DNA of 64,000 nt from an uncultured Verrucomicrobiae bacterium (GTDB lineage: Bacteria; Verrucomicrobiota; Verrucomicrobiia; Chthoniobacterales; JAFAMB01). Within the stretch, counting starts at the first letter, position 1. Each line of letters opens with the position of its first letter. The notes below the pieces were generated by a model that made no database searches, had not been told where the DNA came from, and saw only the letters and a program-made list of their open reading frames with translations. The position numbers and the translations under genes were made by a program. Of the stretch, positions 49,212-59,927 are shown in pieces. The stretch spans positions 3,616,001-3,680,000 of the forward strand of contig CAWIPH010000002.1 of the NCBI GenBank assembly GCA_963837955.1, read 5' to 3'.

Positions 49212-50215
49212 ACGACGGCTTGAGCCTTCAATCGCAAATCACCAAGTTCACCACGCAAAACCCTTTGACAAGAAGTGCTATGTCCCGGCACCGGCTCTTC
49301 CAAAACAGTCTCGGTAGTTTGACAAACCTCGTTGGCAAAAGCACAACGCGGAACAAAAGGGCATCCCTTGATCTCACGCGAGAGATCCGGGGGCGCGCCC
49401 GGTATCGTGAATAGCGGCTCTCCCTTGCGATGCAAAGCGGGAATCGACTGTTGCAGCGAGGCGTTATAGGGATGGAGGGGCAAAGCAAACAGGTCCTCGG
49501 TCCGAGCCGACTCGACGATCCGACCGGCGTACATCACATTGACGTTTTGGCAGAAAGAAGCCACCACACCTAGATCGTGAGTAATGAAGACGACAGCCAT
49601 GCCGAGATTCTTCTGGCTTTGCCGAATCAACTCCAGAATCTGGGCCTGAACCGTAACGTCGAGTGCTGTGGTCGGCTCGTCGGCGATGAGGATCTCCGGA
49701 CGGCTAATCAAGGCCATCGCAATCATCACTCGCTGCCGCATCCCTCCAGAGAATTGGTGTGGATAGAGTTGAATCCGGCGGGCGGCATCTCGAATTCCAA
49801 CCTCTTCCAATGCGGCGATTGCCTTGAGCAGGGCTCGGCGCCGGGTCAATTTCTCATGGACTAACAGCGGTTCCATGATTTGGTCAGCGACCCGGAGATA
49901 CGGATTGAGCGAGGTCATCGGATCTTGAAAGATCATGGAGATCCGCTTGCCGCGTATTCGACGAAGCTGTTCGCCCGAGCAACGCAAAAGGTCGGTTCCA
50001 CTAAACCGGGCCGTCCCCGATTCGATCCGGCCCGGCGGTTGCGGGATTAATCCGAGAATGGAATAACAACTTACCGATTTACCGGAGCCTGATTCGCCAA
50101 CGATGCCCAAGGTCTCGCCTTCTCGAAGGGAGAAGGAAACGCCATCGACCGCTCGGACGATTCCGGCGCGAGTGTGAAAGTAGGTCCGCAGATTTTCAAC
50201 CTCAAGCAATGGCAT
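49208..50215 (-). CDS. oppD: Oligopeptide ABC ATP-binding protein
   Basis: [26 protein letters not shown]. Confidence 0.92.
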   Translation of the reverse strand: MPLLEVENLRTYFHTRAGIVRAVDGVSFSLREGETLGIVGESGSGKSVSCYSILGLIPQPPGRIESGTARFSGTDLLRCSGEQLRRIRGKRISMIFQDPMTSLNPYLRVADQIMEPLLVHEKLTRRRALLKAIAALEEVGIRDAARRIQLYPHQFSGGMRQRVMIAMALISRPEILIADEPTTALDVTVQAQILELIRQSQKNLGMAVVFITHDLGVVASFCQNVNVMYAGRIVESARTEDLFALPLHPYNASLQQSIPALHRKGEPLFTIPGAPPDLSREIKGCPFVPRCAFANEVCQTTETVLEEPVPGHSTSCQRVLRGELGDLRLKAQAVV

Positions 50216-50262
50216 AAGAGAATTGGGTCCTCGTTGTTTCCCTCAATCGGTCAATGTCGGCT

Positions 50263-51351
50263 TCAGTCTTTCGCCGATTTCGGGTTGCAGGCGTCGCTTA
50301 AACCGTCTCCGAGAAAGTTCAGCGAGAACAGAGTCAACGAGAAGAACGCGGCAGGAATCCAAAGCAGCCAAGGAGAAGTCTCCATGGTTGCAGCCCCTTC
50401 AGAGATGAGCACGCCCCATGAGCTCATCGGCGGAGGGACGCCTAACCCGAGGAAACTGAGCAAAGCCTCAAGCAACATAACGGCCGGCACGGTGAGCGTC
50501 GCGTAAATCACGATCACGGTCATAACGTTTGGGATCAGATGCCGAAACATGATGCGACCCTCGCTTAAACCGAGCGAAATCGCCGCCTCAACGAACTCTT
50601 GGTTCTTGAGCGAGATGATTTGGCCACGAACAATTCGCGCCATCGTCAACCATTCCACCGCACCAATTGCGACGAAGAGCAGGATGAAATTCCGGCCAAA
50701 AAATACCATCAGAAGAATGACGATTACCGTAAACGGAAGGGCGTAGAGCACGTCGACGATCCGCATCATTACATTGTCTACCACGCCCCCGACAAAGCCG
50801 GCCGTCGTACCCCAGACGACACCGATGATAACCGAAATGAGCGTGGCGACAAATCCAACCGCCAATGAAATCCGACCCCCGACCAAGACTCTGGTTAAGA
50901 GGTCCCGACCGAGTGCGTCGGTACCGAACAGGTGCTTTTGGTTAGAACTCTGGTAAATGAATGCACCTTCGCTGTATGGCTCCCCGCGGGCTAACGTTGC
51001 AATGATTTGTTTGCGTTCGTCCCGCGCTTTTTCCACAAATTCATCTTCGATGTTAGTTAATGAGTAGAACCCAACCTTCTTTTCGCCATTCTTTAGCGTC
51101 TCCGTTCGTTGAATGATTTTGTCTAACGGCGGGCTGGCCTTAAGCGTCAGATCCGTTTTCTCGTAGGTATAACCGGTTACTAGCGGTCCGATCAGACAAA
51201 GCAGGATGATAGTGACTAGGCAGCCGAGGCCAAATAGAGCCAACTTATTTTTGCGAAGCCGGTACCAGGCATCCGTCCAGAGTGAGCTACCGTGCACGAA
51301 TTGCGCTTCGTTTTCGGCGATTACGGGAGAGTCAAGCACGCTGGGAATCAT
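50263..51351 (-). CDS. oppC: Oligopeptide ABC permease with periplasmic insertion
   Basis: HLFGTDALGRD, EFVEAA, RHLIPN, NFLGDGL. Confidence 0.92.
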   Translation of the reverse strand: MIPSVLDSPVIAENEAQFVHGSSLWTDAWYRLRKNKLALFGLGCLVTIILLCLIGPLVTGYTYEKTDLTLKASPPLDKIIQRTETLKNGEKKVGFYSLTNIEDEFVEKARDERKQIIATLARGEPYSEGAFIYQSSNQKHLFGTDALGRDLLTRVLVGGRISLAVGFVATLISVIIGVVWGTTAGFVGGVVDNVMMRIVDVLYALPFTVIVILLMVFFGRNFILLFVAIGAVEWLTMARIVRGQIISLKNQEFVEAAISLGLSEGRIMFRHLIPNVMTVIVIYATLTVPAVMLLEALLSFLGLGVPPPMSSWGVLISEGAATMETSPWLLWIPAAFFSLTLFSLNFLGDGLSDACNPKSAKD

Positions 51352-52277
51352 TTGCGAGTGCGCGGGTCCATCACACTCTGGAGTAAATCAGCTAGCAGGT
51401 TAAATACCACGATGAGCACAGCAAAGAATGCCACGGTGCCAAGAATCAGAGGATAGTCCCGATTAAAGACCGATTTGATAAATTCCTGGCCCAATCCCGG
51501 TACATTAAAAACCTTTTCGACCACAAATGAGCCACTGATTAATCCGGCAAACTGGGGTCCCAAGAATGAGACGACCGGGAGTAAGCCACCACGCATGGCG
51601 TGTTTGAAAATGATGTCGTGATCGGGTACGCCTTTAGCGCGGGCCGTTCGGATAAAGTCCTGGTTCAACACATCAAGCATACCACCCCGGGTGAGGCGCG
51701 CGACGTAAGCAGAATAAAACAGGCCCAAAGTAACGGCGGGCAAAATCATCGGATGCAAAGGCGCGTAGTCTAACCCATACCATCCACTTACCGGAGCGAT
51801 CTTTAGCGTCAATCCAAAGTAGACGGCCAGGATCGGACCCAGGACGAACGTGGGAACACAAATGCCGGCCATTGCGAGCGACATCGGCAGGTAATCCCAA
51901 ATCGTATTTTTATAAATCGCTGCCACCACTCCCGCGCTGACGCCAATAACCAAAGCAATTAGAAATGCCAGCGTTCCGATCTGGAGGGAAATGGGAAAGG
52001 ACCGGGCTATGACTTCGTTAACAGAACTGGATTGATAGGTGTACGAGGGCCCAAGATCGAAGTGGGCTACGTTGCCAATGTAGTGGAGATACTGTTCCCA
52101 GAGCGGTTTATCCAGTCCGTAATATTCGTTGAGCTTCTGAATGACTTCTGGAGTTGTGTGTCCCTCCGCACTGAAGGGACCACCCGGAATAGATTTGGAA
52201 AGAAAAAAGGTGACCGTCAATACGACCCAAATTACCGGAATCAGTTGCAATAGCCGGCTGACGATCAGTTTGATCAT
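51348..52277 (-). CDS. oppB: Oligopeptide ABC permease
   Basis: PGGPF, DFIRTARAKG, RDYP, DPR. Confidence 0.92.
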   Translation of the reverse strand: MIKLIVSRLLQLIPVIWVVLTVTFFLSKSIPGGPFSAEGHTTPEVIQKLNEYYGLDKPLWEQYLHYIGNVAHFDLGPSYTYQSSSVNEVIARSFPISLQIGTLAFLIALVIGVSAGVVAAIYKNTIWDYLPMSLAMAGICVPTFVLGPILAVYFGLTLKIAPVSGWYGLDYAPLHPMILPAVTLGLFYSAYVARLTRGGMLDVLNQDFIRTARAKGVPDHDIIFKHAMRGGLLPVVSFLGPQFAGLISGSFVVEKVFNVPGLGQEFIKSVFNRDYPLILGTVAFFAVLIVVFNLLADLLQSVMDPRTRK

Positions 52278-52283
52278 TGGGTT

Positions 52284-53942
52284 TTAGTGGGCCGACGAAA
52301 GCTGGGGAGTTCCGGTCTCCTCCAGGTCGATGAATTTGTAGTTATGGTTGTCCAGTGCCATTGGGTTCCAATTCTTCACGCTCGGCTGCAGCAAATAGAA
52401 GGTTGTGTACCAGTAGATAATGACCCCGGGCGGCTCACTCAACCAGAGCTGTTCAGCTTGATGGAGAATCGCAAAGCGTTTCTTCGGATCAGCAGTCCGA
52501 GCAGCTTCGTCCAACAACTGATCGTAAGCGGGGTTGCTCCATCCGGTAGCATTGTTGCCGTCTCCAGTGCGCCACATGCCCAGAAAGGTAACCGGGTCCA
52601 TGAAGTCGCCAATCCAGCCGTAACGTGCCACGTCGTAGTTCAAGCTATTCATGGAGTCCATGAACACTTTCCACTCTTGATTCTCGATCCCAACATCGAT
52701 GTTCAGCTCTTGCCTCCACATCTGCTGGATCGCCTCCGCCACAGTCCTGTGCGCCTCGCTGGTGTTAATGAGGATGGTAAATTTCGGGAAACCTTTTCCG
52801 TTTGGGTATCCGGCTTCTGCCAGCAAGCGGCGGGCTTGTTCCGGATCATAGTGGATCACATCCAGCGGTTCATAATCTCCCATTCCGGGCGGTGTATATC
52901 CGGTTGCTGGCTTTTGCTTGGCGCGCATGATGTTCTCGACAATCGATTTCCGATCCACTGCGAGATTTAAGGCTAAGCGCACTTTCGGATTGGCCAATGC
53001 TTTCCGCTTCACGTTGATCCGGTAAAAGTAAACTCCTTCGAACGGATCGATCCGAATCAATTCGGGATGCTCGCGGCGGTAGTACGGAACTTTGTCGAGC
53101 GGCGTCTGAAGGATCTTGTGCAATTGGCCGGCCCGGAACGCCCGCTCCTGCGTATTATAATCTTCGATCGAGTAAAAATTGATCCCGTTGAGCTTGACGT
53201 TCGCTGCATCCCAATAGAGCGGATTTCTGACCACTTGAATGACGTCATTTTCTTTCCAGGTCTTAAGCAGGAACGGACCTGTACCGGCATAGTTCCCCGG
53301 ACGCGTCCACTTGGTATCGCGCTCATCGATCCTACCAAACTTCAAAATGGTAGCTGGATGCACCGGAAACCAAGCAGTGTGCAGAAGCGCAGACAGAAAA
53401 TAGGGCGCCGGCCCGACTAGTTCGAACTGCAAGTTGCGATCATCGAGCGCTCTAACGCCGACCTGATTAAAATCAATAATCCTCCCTTCAGCGTAATCTC
53501 TGGCGCCCTTCAAGATATAAAGTGCATCAATATAAGGGGCGCCGAGCGTCGGGGTGAGAATGCGTTTGTAGGAAAAGACGAAATCCTGAGCTGTTACCAG
53601 GTCTCCGTTCGACCATTTGGCATTATCGCGCAGATGAAATTTCCAGACCGAGTAATCTTCATTGTGCTCCCAGCGGTCCGCCAGACCAGGCAACTCTTTC
53701 GATTGATCGTTCGGATCATACTCCATCAATCCCTCCATCAACCCCATAATGATGTGATGCTCTGGGACTCCCTGCGCAGTCTGGGGATCCAGGGTCCGCG
53801 GCTCGGTGCCTTCGCAAAGCAGCAGTATTTTGCGCCGATTCGCTTCCTCCAATCCCGGTGGACTCGCAGCGTTGAGTTTCGCAGTAGCAACTAAAAACGA
53901 AGCTGCGGTAATGGTTACCCAAAGGATCAGCCGAACATTCAT
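52284..53942 (-). CDS. oppA: Oligopeptide ABC substrate-binding protein
   Basis: EPRTLDP, WSNGDLVTAQDF, GPFLL, RYGWIGDF. Confidence 0.92.
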   Translation of the reverse strand: MNVRLILWVTITAASFLVATAKLNAASPPGLEEANRRKILLLCEGTEPRTLDPQTAQGVPEHHIIMGLMEGLMEYDPNDQSKELPGLADRWEHNEDYSVWKFHLRDNAKWSNGDLVTAQDFVFSYKRILTPTLGAPYIDALYILKGARDYAEGRIIDFNQVGVRALDDRNLQFELVGPAPYFLSALLHTAWFPVHPATILKFGRIDERDTKWTRPGNYAGTGPFLLKTWKENDVIQVVRNPLYWDAANVKLNGINFYSIEDYNTQERAFRAGQLHKILQTPLDKVPYYRREHPELIRIDPFEGVYFYRINVKRKALANPKVRLALNLAVDRKSIVENIMRAKQKPATGYTPPGMGDYEPLDVIHYDPEQARRLLAEAGYPNGKGFPKFTILINTSEAHRTVAEAIQQMWRQELNIDVGIENQEWKVFMDSMNSLNYDVARYGWIGDFMDPVTFLGMWRTGDGNNATGWSNPAYDQLLDEAARTADPKKRFAILHQAEQLWLSEPPGVIIYWYTTFYLLQPSVKNWNPMALDNHNYKFIDLEETGTPQLSSAH

Positions 53943-53953
53943 GGAATGTACCG

Positions 53954-56161
53954 CTAGTTGATTCCCAGCTTCTTCAGGAATGGATCAGTCGAGTGCTTGC
54001 GACCGAGAAATTTCTCCACGGAGACCGTAACATCACGCGAATCTCCTACAGCATAGATCTCGTCCCGCAATCGCCGGCCAACGTTAGCATCGAGAAAACC
54101 GTCCGGAGCGCTTTGGAAGACCGACGCCATGTCGGCAGCTATGTCGTCCGCCCAAGCATAGCCATAATAACCGGCGTCGTACCCGCTGAACAAATGCCCG
54201 AAAGAGGCCAAGACAGCGGTCGACGGATCAGATGGAAGAAAAACATCGTACAGGATCGAATTGGCGTAGCCGTTGAGATCCGCTTTCTGAGCGGCGGTTA
54301 ACGGCTGGTGGATCGACAAATCCAGTAGCCCAAAGCAGAGCTGGCGACGGTATGAACATGCCTTTGTCGCCAAGTCAGCCTCTTTGAGTTTGGCCAAAAC
54401 ATCAGTTGGAATTTTTTTCGAAGGATCCCGATAATCGGCGGCAAAGCTGTCGAGCACTTTCTTGTCCCAGGCGAAGTATTCAAGCATTTGGGAAGGAGCC
54501 TCTACGAAGTCGCCCGGAACGTTGAACCCGGAAAACCGGACGTAATTGACCTTGGTCAATATGGCGTGCATGGCATGGCCAAATTCGTGGAAAAGGGTGA
54601 CCACATCCTGATGATCGGCCAGTGAGGGCTTATCACCGGATGGAGGTGGAAAGTTGCAAATCAGATCCACGACCGGTCTCTGATATTTTCCATCGGGCAG
54701 CAGTCCGCCATCGATCAGCGCGAAATTGGCGAAGTGATTGTATTTCCCGGGACGAGGGAACAGATCGAGATAGAACATTCCCAAGGGCTGGTGCGTTTGC
54801 TGATCAAGGATAGCATACAGTTTTACGTCGCTTTGATAGACAGCCGGTGGGTCGACCGGACGAATTTCTACTTGGAAAATGTGTTCGTAAATTTTGAACA
54901 TGCCCTCGAGCACCTTATCGAACGGGAAATAAACCCGAAGTGCCTCGGCATCGACATTGTACTTTTGTTTCTGAAGGAGAGCGGAGGCGAAGTACCAGTC
55001 CCAGAGTTTCACGTCCGGCGAGGTGGCCCCGGCAACGCTCGCTTTCGCTTTCTTCAGTTCGGCTATTTCCGCCTGATATTTTGGCTCCAAGGCGATCTTC
55101 AACTGCTCTTCGAAATCGAGCGCGTTCTTGCCGCTCTTGGCCATCTTGACCTCTTCCTGGAAATCGGCCCAGGACGTATAGCCAAGAAGCTGGGCGAGCT
55201 GGGCGCGGACCTCAACAGCCCGGCTGACCAACGGCAGATTCTTCTCCTTCGCTCGCGAATCGTGCACCAGGCAGAGGCGCTTGCGCGTCTCCTCTTTAAC
55301 GCAATTCTTCATCGCATTGAGATACTGAGGAGGCACATTGGCATCGACCGTGTACTCGTTTTCGCCGGTCTTCACCTGGCTGAGAAAGTCATCTGATACG
55401 CCTTGCAGATCGTCTTTATTAAACTTCACTGGGGCTGCGGCGTTATTAACATTGACCAAAAAGTGAGCCTCAATACTCGTCAGCTGCTTACGCAACGCCT
55501 CAACTTCTTGCTGTTTCTCTTCGGGAAGTGTGAGCCCGGCTCGCTTATAACCGCGGACGGTAAATTCGATCAACCGGGCATCTTGACCCGCCAGTTGAGG
55601 ATTGGTGTCGAGGTATGCCTTGATCGAACGATAGACATCCTTTCTATAATCGATTCCGACAGTAAATGTGTCTAGCTTTTGGACCGCATCGAGGCCGGCG
55701 CTGCGCATTTTGGGATCGGGATGCGCTTGTTCCAGAACTCCTACCCGGTGCCCGGTTTGGCCTATTTTCGTATAAACATCGTTCAGGGCCCGGACGGTGT
55801 TATCGAAGGTTACACTCTTAGGATCTACTTTGGCGATTGCTTCTAATTGGCTATTTGCCTCAGCGATAGCCGCATCGACATTTGCGTCTACTTGAGCTGG
55901 AGTGGTTTCCCAGTCCGGCAAAACCAAAACCGTGTCGAACTGCGACGCCTGATTTTGGAGGTCGCTCAGCTGAAGTTTGGGGGCTGCTGAATCACCTGGC
56001 GGGTCGGACTTCGGCGGTTCCCCCGCTCGAACCGTAGTGAAGCTGCAGACGGACGCGATCAGGATTGTACTGGCTACTTTTAAATACGTGGTAGAGCGAG
56101 TAGAAGTGCCGGTTTGGTCAATGAAAAACGGGAACGGTTTGCGAGACAAGCGTTTGATCAC
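53954..56161 (-). CDS. M3A family metallopeptidase (thimet oligopeptidase-like), probable signal peptide; start uncertain
   Basis: FHEFGH zinc motif, DFVEAPSQMLE, FGHL..GYDAGYYGYAWA. Confidence 0.9.
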   Translation of the reverse strand: MIKRLSRKPFPFFIDQTGTSTRSTTYLKVASTILIASVCSFTTVRAGEPPKSDPPGDSAAPKLQLSDLQNQASQFDTVLVLPDWETTPAQVDANVDAAIAEANSQLEAIAKVDPKSVTFDNTVRALNDVYTKIGQTGHRVGVLEQAHPDPKMRSAGLDAVQKLDTFTVGIDYRKDVYRSIKAYLDTNPQLAGQDARLIEFTVRGYKRAGLTLPEEKQQEVEALRKQLTSIEAHFLVNVNNAAAPVKFNKDDLQGVSDDFLSQVKTGENEYTVDANVPPQYLNAMKNCVKEETRKRLCLVHDSRAKEKNLPLVSRAVEVRAQLAQLLGYTSWADFQEEVKMAKSGKNALDFEEQLKIALEPKYQAEIAELKKAKASVAGATSPDVKLWDWYFASALLQKQKYNVDAEALRVYFPFDKVLEGMFKIYEHIFQVEIRPVDPPAVYQSDVKLYAILDQQTHQPLGMFYLDLFPRPGKYNHFANFALIDGGLLPDGKYQRPVVDLICNFPPPSGDKPSLADHQDVVTLFHEFGHAMHAILTKVNYVRFSGFNVPGDFVEAPSQMLEYFAWDKKVLDSFAADYRDPSKKIPTDVLAKLKEADLATKACSYRRQLCFGLLDLSIHQPLTAAQKADLNGYANSILYDVFLPSDPSTAVLASFGHLFSGYDAGYYGYAWADDIAADMASVFQSAPDGFLDANVGRRLRDEIYAVGDSRDVTVSVEKFLGRKHSTDPFLKKLGIN

Positions 56162-56226
56162 AAAGGTGTTGGATAGGTAATGGGGGCACCTACAACCGTT
56201 CTCGCCGGAAGCAACCAAAATTTGTG

Positions 56227-56460
56227 GTAGCCTGATGCTTCCGGCTCAGGGCGCTGGTGATTGGTGATCAGTGATTAGTGAAAGGAGTGGTAAAAGGGGC
56301 GGTGAGAGATTTCGGGCAGGATTTGCCGATAGGCGTTCACCATTCACTTCTCACCAATCACCTCTCAGGCGCTGTTCCCTGAGGCTGGCTGTCCGCCGTA
56401 GTTTGCGGGTTTGGGGGACGAAGGAGGAAGCATCAGGCTACGTCTGAAGCATCAAGCTAC
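56227..56460. repeat. GTAG repeat (gtagcctgatgc family) enclosing heptamer arms and a mini-element
   Basis: gtagcctgatgcttcc / ggaagcatcaggctac; extra arm overlaps the stop at 56457. Confidence 0.8.
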
Positions 56461-57098
56461 GTCCGGTGGAATCGGTCGTCGGTCCAAGGATCACCGTAGT
56501 CGCTGTACCCGCGATCCTCCCAATAACCGCGAATGACCGAGGACCGAAACTCAATTGAGCGCACAAACTTGGCGCCCTTCCAGGCATAAAGTTTCGGGAT
56601 GATCATACGAGCGGGACCTCCGTGTTCGCGTGCCAGCGGTTGACCATCCAGGTGAGTGGCAATGAGGACGTCATCGTCCAAACAGGGCTCCAGCGGGACG
56701 TTCGTGGTGTATCCGTCATAACCACGAACGAAAAGGTTGCTTACCTCTGGCTTGGGTTTCACTAGATCGACGAGCGTGAAAAAGGCAACACCGCTCCACC
56801 GGCAATCGAACTTTGACCAGGTAGTGACACAGTGAAAATCGCTGAGGTCCTCGAAGCGAGGCAGTTGAGCCATCTGATCCCATGACAGCTTGACTGGATT
56901 TTCCACCTCGCCCATAAGCTCAAGCGTCCATTCTGATAACGCGACGCTCGGTTGGATGCCCAGATCCAGGACCGGGAACCCGTTCGTCAAATGCTGACCA
57001 GGTGGAAGCCGAGCGCTCGAGCGCTCCAGAACACGCGAAGTCTGTCCGGCCATTTTCTTGGCCCACCGTTCTTTGCGTTCAAGGATCGACGGATTCAT
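56457..57098 (-). CDS. Molybdopterin-dependent oxidoreductase (sulfite oxidase-like, YuiH-like)
   Basis: RLPPGQ, DFHCVTTWS, EHGGPAR, YAWKGAKF, GYWE. Confidence 0.92.
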   Translation of the reverse strand: MNPSILERKERWAKKMAGQTSRVLERSSARLPPGQHLTNGFPVLDLGIQPSVALSEWTLELMGEVENPVKLSWDQMAQLPRFEDLSDFHCVTTWSKFDCRWSGVAFFTLVDLVKPKPEVSNLFVRGYDGYTTNVPLEPCLDDDVLIATHLDGQPLAREHGGPARMIIPKLYAWKGAKFVRSIEFRSSVIRGYWEDRGYSDYGDPWTDDRFHRT

Positions 57099-57852
57099 CG
57101 GGAAGGCGACGAGAAATTTTCAGAATAGCATCTCGCAATTCTGCAGCTCGCTCGTACGCCTCTTCAGCGATAGCTTTTTCGAGATCTCGCTCCATCAATT
57201 CCAGTGGGGACAAAGGGATATTCTCTCGCACTTCTTTCAGCCACTCATTAAGAAAAGCCAGTTCGGAACTAGACTCAATCCATTCCGGCTGATTAACGGA
57301 TTGATAGAATTTTTCGATCTGCTGCTTGCCGTCTTCGATCAGGCGGATAGCCTTGCCGGCATTGCCTTCCTGGATTTCGAGTGAGGCCCGCGCTCGAATA
57401 TTCATCATCATCACATAAGGACGGAACTGCTCAAACGCCCACTTCGACTCATCTTCCTGAGTGTGCTGAGCGACGAAGTTAAACAGCTCGAGGTTTCTTT
57501 CCGTGTCCCGAATAACGTTCGGATAATCCCGCAATTGGAAAAGACTTAGATATCGGTGGTAGTACTGGACGCCCTCCTGTTGCAGGGCAACCAACTCCGC
57601 TTCGCTTAACTCGTAAGACGTACCGCGCGACTCGGCGTTTCGCAGCTTAGCCTCATGATATTCCAGCAAAGACTCAAAGCCAAAGGGACGCTGCCCATCC
57701 GGCCGACCGGTCATTTCCATCTGGATCAGACCAAGATCGATGCGTAACTGGACCTTCTCGCGCCCATCAATCCCGATAATTTTGCGCGCCTTCACTTGAC
57801 CGGGCTCGTGTCCCCACCCGTCCAATAAGCTGTTTAAGTCCAGGTTACTCAC
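57079..57852 (-). CDS. UvrB/UvrC motif-containing protein
   Basis: C-terminal LEKAIAEEAYERAAELRD; QLRIDLGLIQME..GRPDG. Confidence 0.8.
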   Translation of the reverse strand: MSNLDLNSLLDGWGHEPGQVKARKIIGIDGREKVQLRIDLGLIQMEMTGRPDGQRPFGFESLLEYHEAKLRNAESRGTSYELSEAELVALQQEGVQYYHRYLSLFQLRDYPNVIRDTERNLELFNFVAQHTQEDESKWAFEQFRPYVMMMNIRARASLEIQEGNAGKAIRLIEDGKQQIEKFYQSVNQPEWIESSSELAFLNEWLKEVRENIPLSPLELMERDLEKAIAEEAYERAAELRDAILKISRRLPDESVDP

Positions 57853-57944
57853 TGGTGAAATATCAAAACGACGGAGGCGATTGTCAAAATCCGAAGTTCG
57901 GTATCAGAAGATACGAAGCTGAATGGCTCAACCAAACCCCCGCT

Positions 57945-58018
57945 TGGCTACCGCGCATGGATTCGAACCATGAATAACGCCTCCAAAGGGCGCTGTGTTA
58001 CCGTTACACCACGCGGTA
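57945..58018 (-). tRNA. tRNA-Gln(TTG)
   Basis: Cloverleaf: acceptor taccgcg/cgcggta, anticodon TTG, GGTTCGAATCC T-arm, encoded CCA. Confidence 0.96.
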
Positions 58019-58202
58019 AAGTTTAAGGAGAACTAGTTAAGACAAAACCGAGAAGACGCAAGCGGAGATTCGGTAGGCAACGTCCTTCGGTAAAAGCACA
58101 AACGGCTCAAGCCGGCGCGGCTGATACCGCCCCAAGCTTTCGCCCTACCGATCAGGGGGTGCAATACGCCGCATGATTCGAAAGTGCTCATTCAGGGGGC
58201 AT

Positions 58203-59735
58203 CTATTTCTCGACTAGCAGGGAATGGCCAGTCATCTCCGATGGTTTCTCTAAGCGGAGCAGCTCCAGCAATGTCGGCGCTACATCCGCCAGGATTCCGT
58301 CTTGCAACTGAAAACTCGACGCATCTTTGGCTACGTAAATGAAATGCACCAGGTTGGTGGTGTGCGCCGTGTTGGGCGAACCATCCGGATTCCGCATCAA
58401 TTCGCAATTGCCGTGGTCCGCGGTCACCAACGCTTTGCCATCTAATCGAAGCGTTTCTTCAAGCACTTGGCGGACACAATCGTCAATGGTCTCAACTGCC
58501 TTGATTCCCGCTTCGACGACGCCGGTATGTCCCACCATGTCAGGATTCGCGAAATTGAGTATCACCAGGTCATAGTCCTTGAGTCGTTTTACTACCTCTT
58601 TGGTAACCTCCGGCGCACTCATCTCCGGCTGAAGGTCGTAGGTCGCCACTTTCGGCGAGGGCACGATCACTCGGTCTTCGCCCGGGTAGGCGATCTCGAT
58701 TCCGCCGTTAAAAAAGTAAGTGACGTGCGGATACTTCTCTGTTTCAGCAATCCGAAGTTGCCGCTTTCCTGCATCGCTTACAACCTTCCCAAGTATATTT
58801 TCCAGAGTCTGTGGCTGGAACGCCACTGGGCAATCGTAAGTCTTGTCGTACACAGTCATCGTTACAAAATGGACCTTCGGAAACATTCCGCGATCGAAGC
58901 AGGAGAAATCCGGAAACAAAAAGGCCTGAGATAGCTGGCGGGCCCTATCGGCGCGGAAGTTGAAAAAGAAGACAACGTCTCCGTCGCGAATTTGGGGGCC
59001 GGGCTGATCCGAAAAGACCATCGGTTTCAAAAACTCATCGGTTTGGCCGGCCTTGTATCGCTGCCGCACGGCTTCAGGTATGGGAACTTTTGGCCTCTCT
59101 CCCAAGCCTAAGACAATAGCGTCCCAGGCGAGTTTCGTGCGATCCCAGCGCCGATCTCGATCCATGGCATAGTATCGCCCCACCACGGTTAATATCTTGG
59201 CACCGGTGGAACGCACTTGCTCTTCGACAGTAGCGAGAAAATCGGCCCCACCCGTCGGAGAGGTGTCCCGGCCGTCGGTAATAGCGTGGATAAAGATCTG
59301 CTTTACGCCAGCTTCGGCAGCGGCCTTCACCAGCGCGATCAGATGATCTTGGTGACTATGGACACCGCCATTCGAAACCAGCCCAATAAAATGCAGCCGC
59401 GATTCGGCGGCCTGAGCAAAAGCCTTCCGAACTGTTTCGTTGCGCTGAAGCTCACCGGCGGCGATCGCCTGATTAATGCGCGTGAAATCTTGGTACACGA
59501 TTCTCCCCGCTCCGAGATTGAGATGCCCAACCTCAGAGTTTCCCATCTGCCCCTCCGGTAGTCCGACATCCAAGCCGCTCGCACTCAGGCGACTTACCGG
59601 ATAGGTGGCGTAGAGGTGATCGTGATGAGGCGTCCGCGCCAGCAGTGTCGCATTGCCATCGGCCTCAGCAAATTCTCGGCCGCGCGGGTTGATTCCCCAA
59701 CCATCCCGGATGATCAAAATGACAGGTTGCGCCAT
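58203..59735 (-). CDS. gpmI: 2,3-bisphosphoglycerate-independent phosphoglycerate mutase
   Basis: GQMGNSEVGHLN, DGRD, AETEKYPHVT, NPDMVGHTG, ADHGN. Confidence 0.97.
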   Translation of the reverse strand: MAQPVILIIRDGWGINPRGREFAEADGNATLLARTPHHDHLYATYPVSRLSASGLDVGLPEGQMGNSEVGHLNLGAGRIVYQDFTRINQAIAAGELQRNETVRKAFAQAAESRLHFIGLVSNGGVHSHQDHLIALVKAAAEAGVKQIFIHAITDGRDTSPTGGADFLATVEEQVRSTGAKILTVVGRYYAMDRDRRWDRTKLAWDAIVLGLGERPKVPIPEAVRQRYKAGQTDEFLKPMVFSDQPGPQIRDGDVVFFFNFRADRARQLSQAFLFPDFSCFDRGMFPKVHFVTMTVYDKTYDCPVAFQPQTLENILGKVVSDAGKRQLRIAETEKYPHVTYFFNGGIEIAYPGEDRVIVPSPKVATYDLQPEMSAPEVTKEVVKRLKDYDLVILNFANPDMVGHTGVVEAGIKAVETIDDCVRQVLEETLRLDGKALVTADHGNCELMRNPDGSPNTAHTTNLVHFIYVAKDASSFQLQDGILADVAPTLLELLRLEKPSEMTGHSLLVEK

Positions 59736-59795
59736 AGATCAGGAACTAGCGCATGGTATGGGCAACCCGCAATTAGGAACTTCCCAAACCGAAGT

Positions 59796-59891
59796 TTACC
59801 GCTTGGTTGGACTCTTGGTTGCCTGCTTCTTCCGACGAAGATATTCTTTTCGCCGACGGCGTTTCTCGACCTTGTTGTGTTGCTTACCCAT
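59796..59891 (-). CDS. Small basic protein, 31 aa
   Basis: Own translation MGKQHNKVEKRRRRKEYLRRKKQATKSPTKR; co-oriented between the sulfite reductase and gpmI. Confidence 0.6.
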   Translation of the reverse strand: MGKQHNKVEKRRRRKEYLRRKKQATKSPTKR

Positions 59892-59927
59892 GGCAAGGCG
59901 ATAACGCCGGAAGCCGCTCCGTGTCAA

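Noticed and set aside
57945..58018. Integrative element at tRNA-Gln
   Set aside because: No integrase, no duplicated tRNA 3' end noticed, and ordinary flanking genes.
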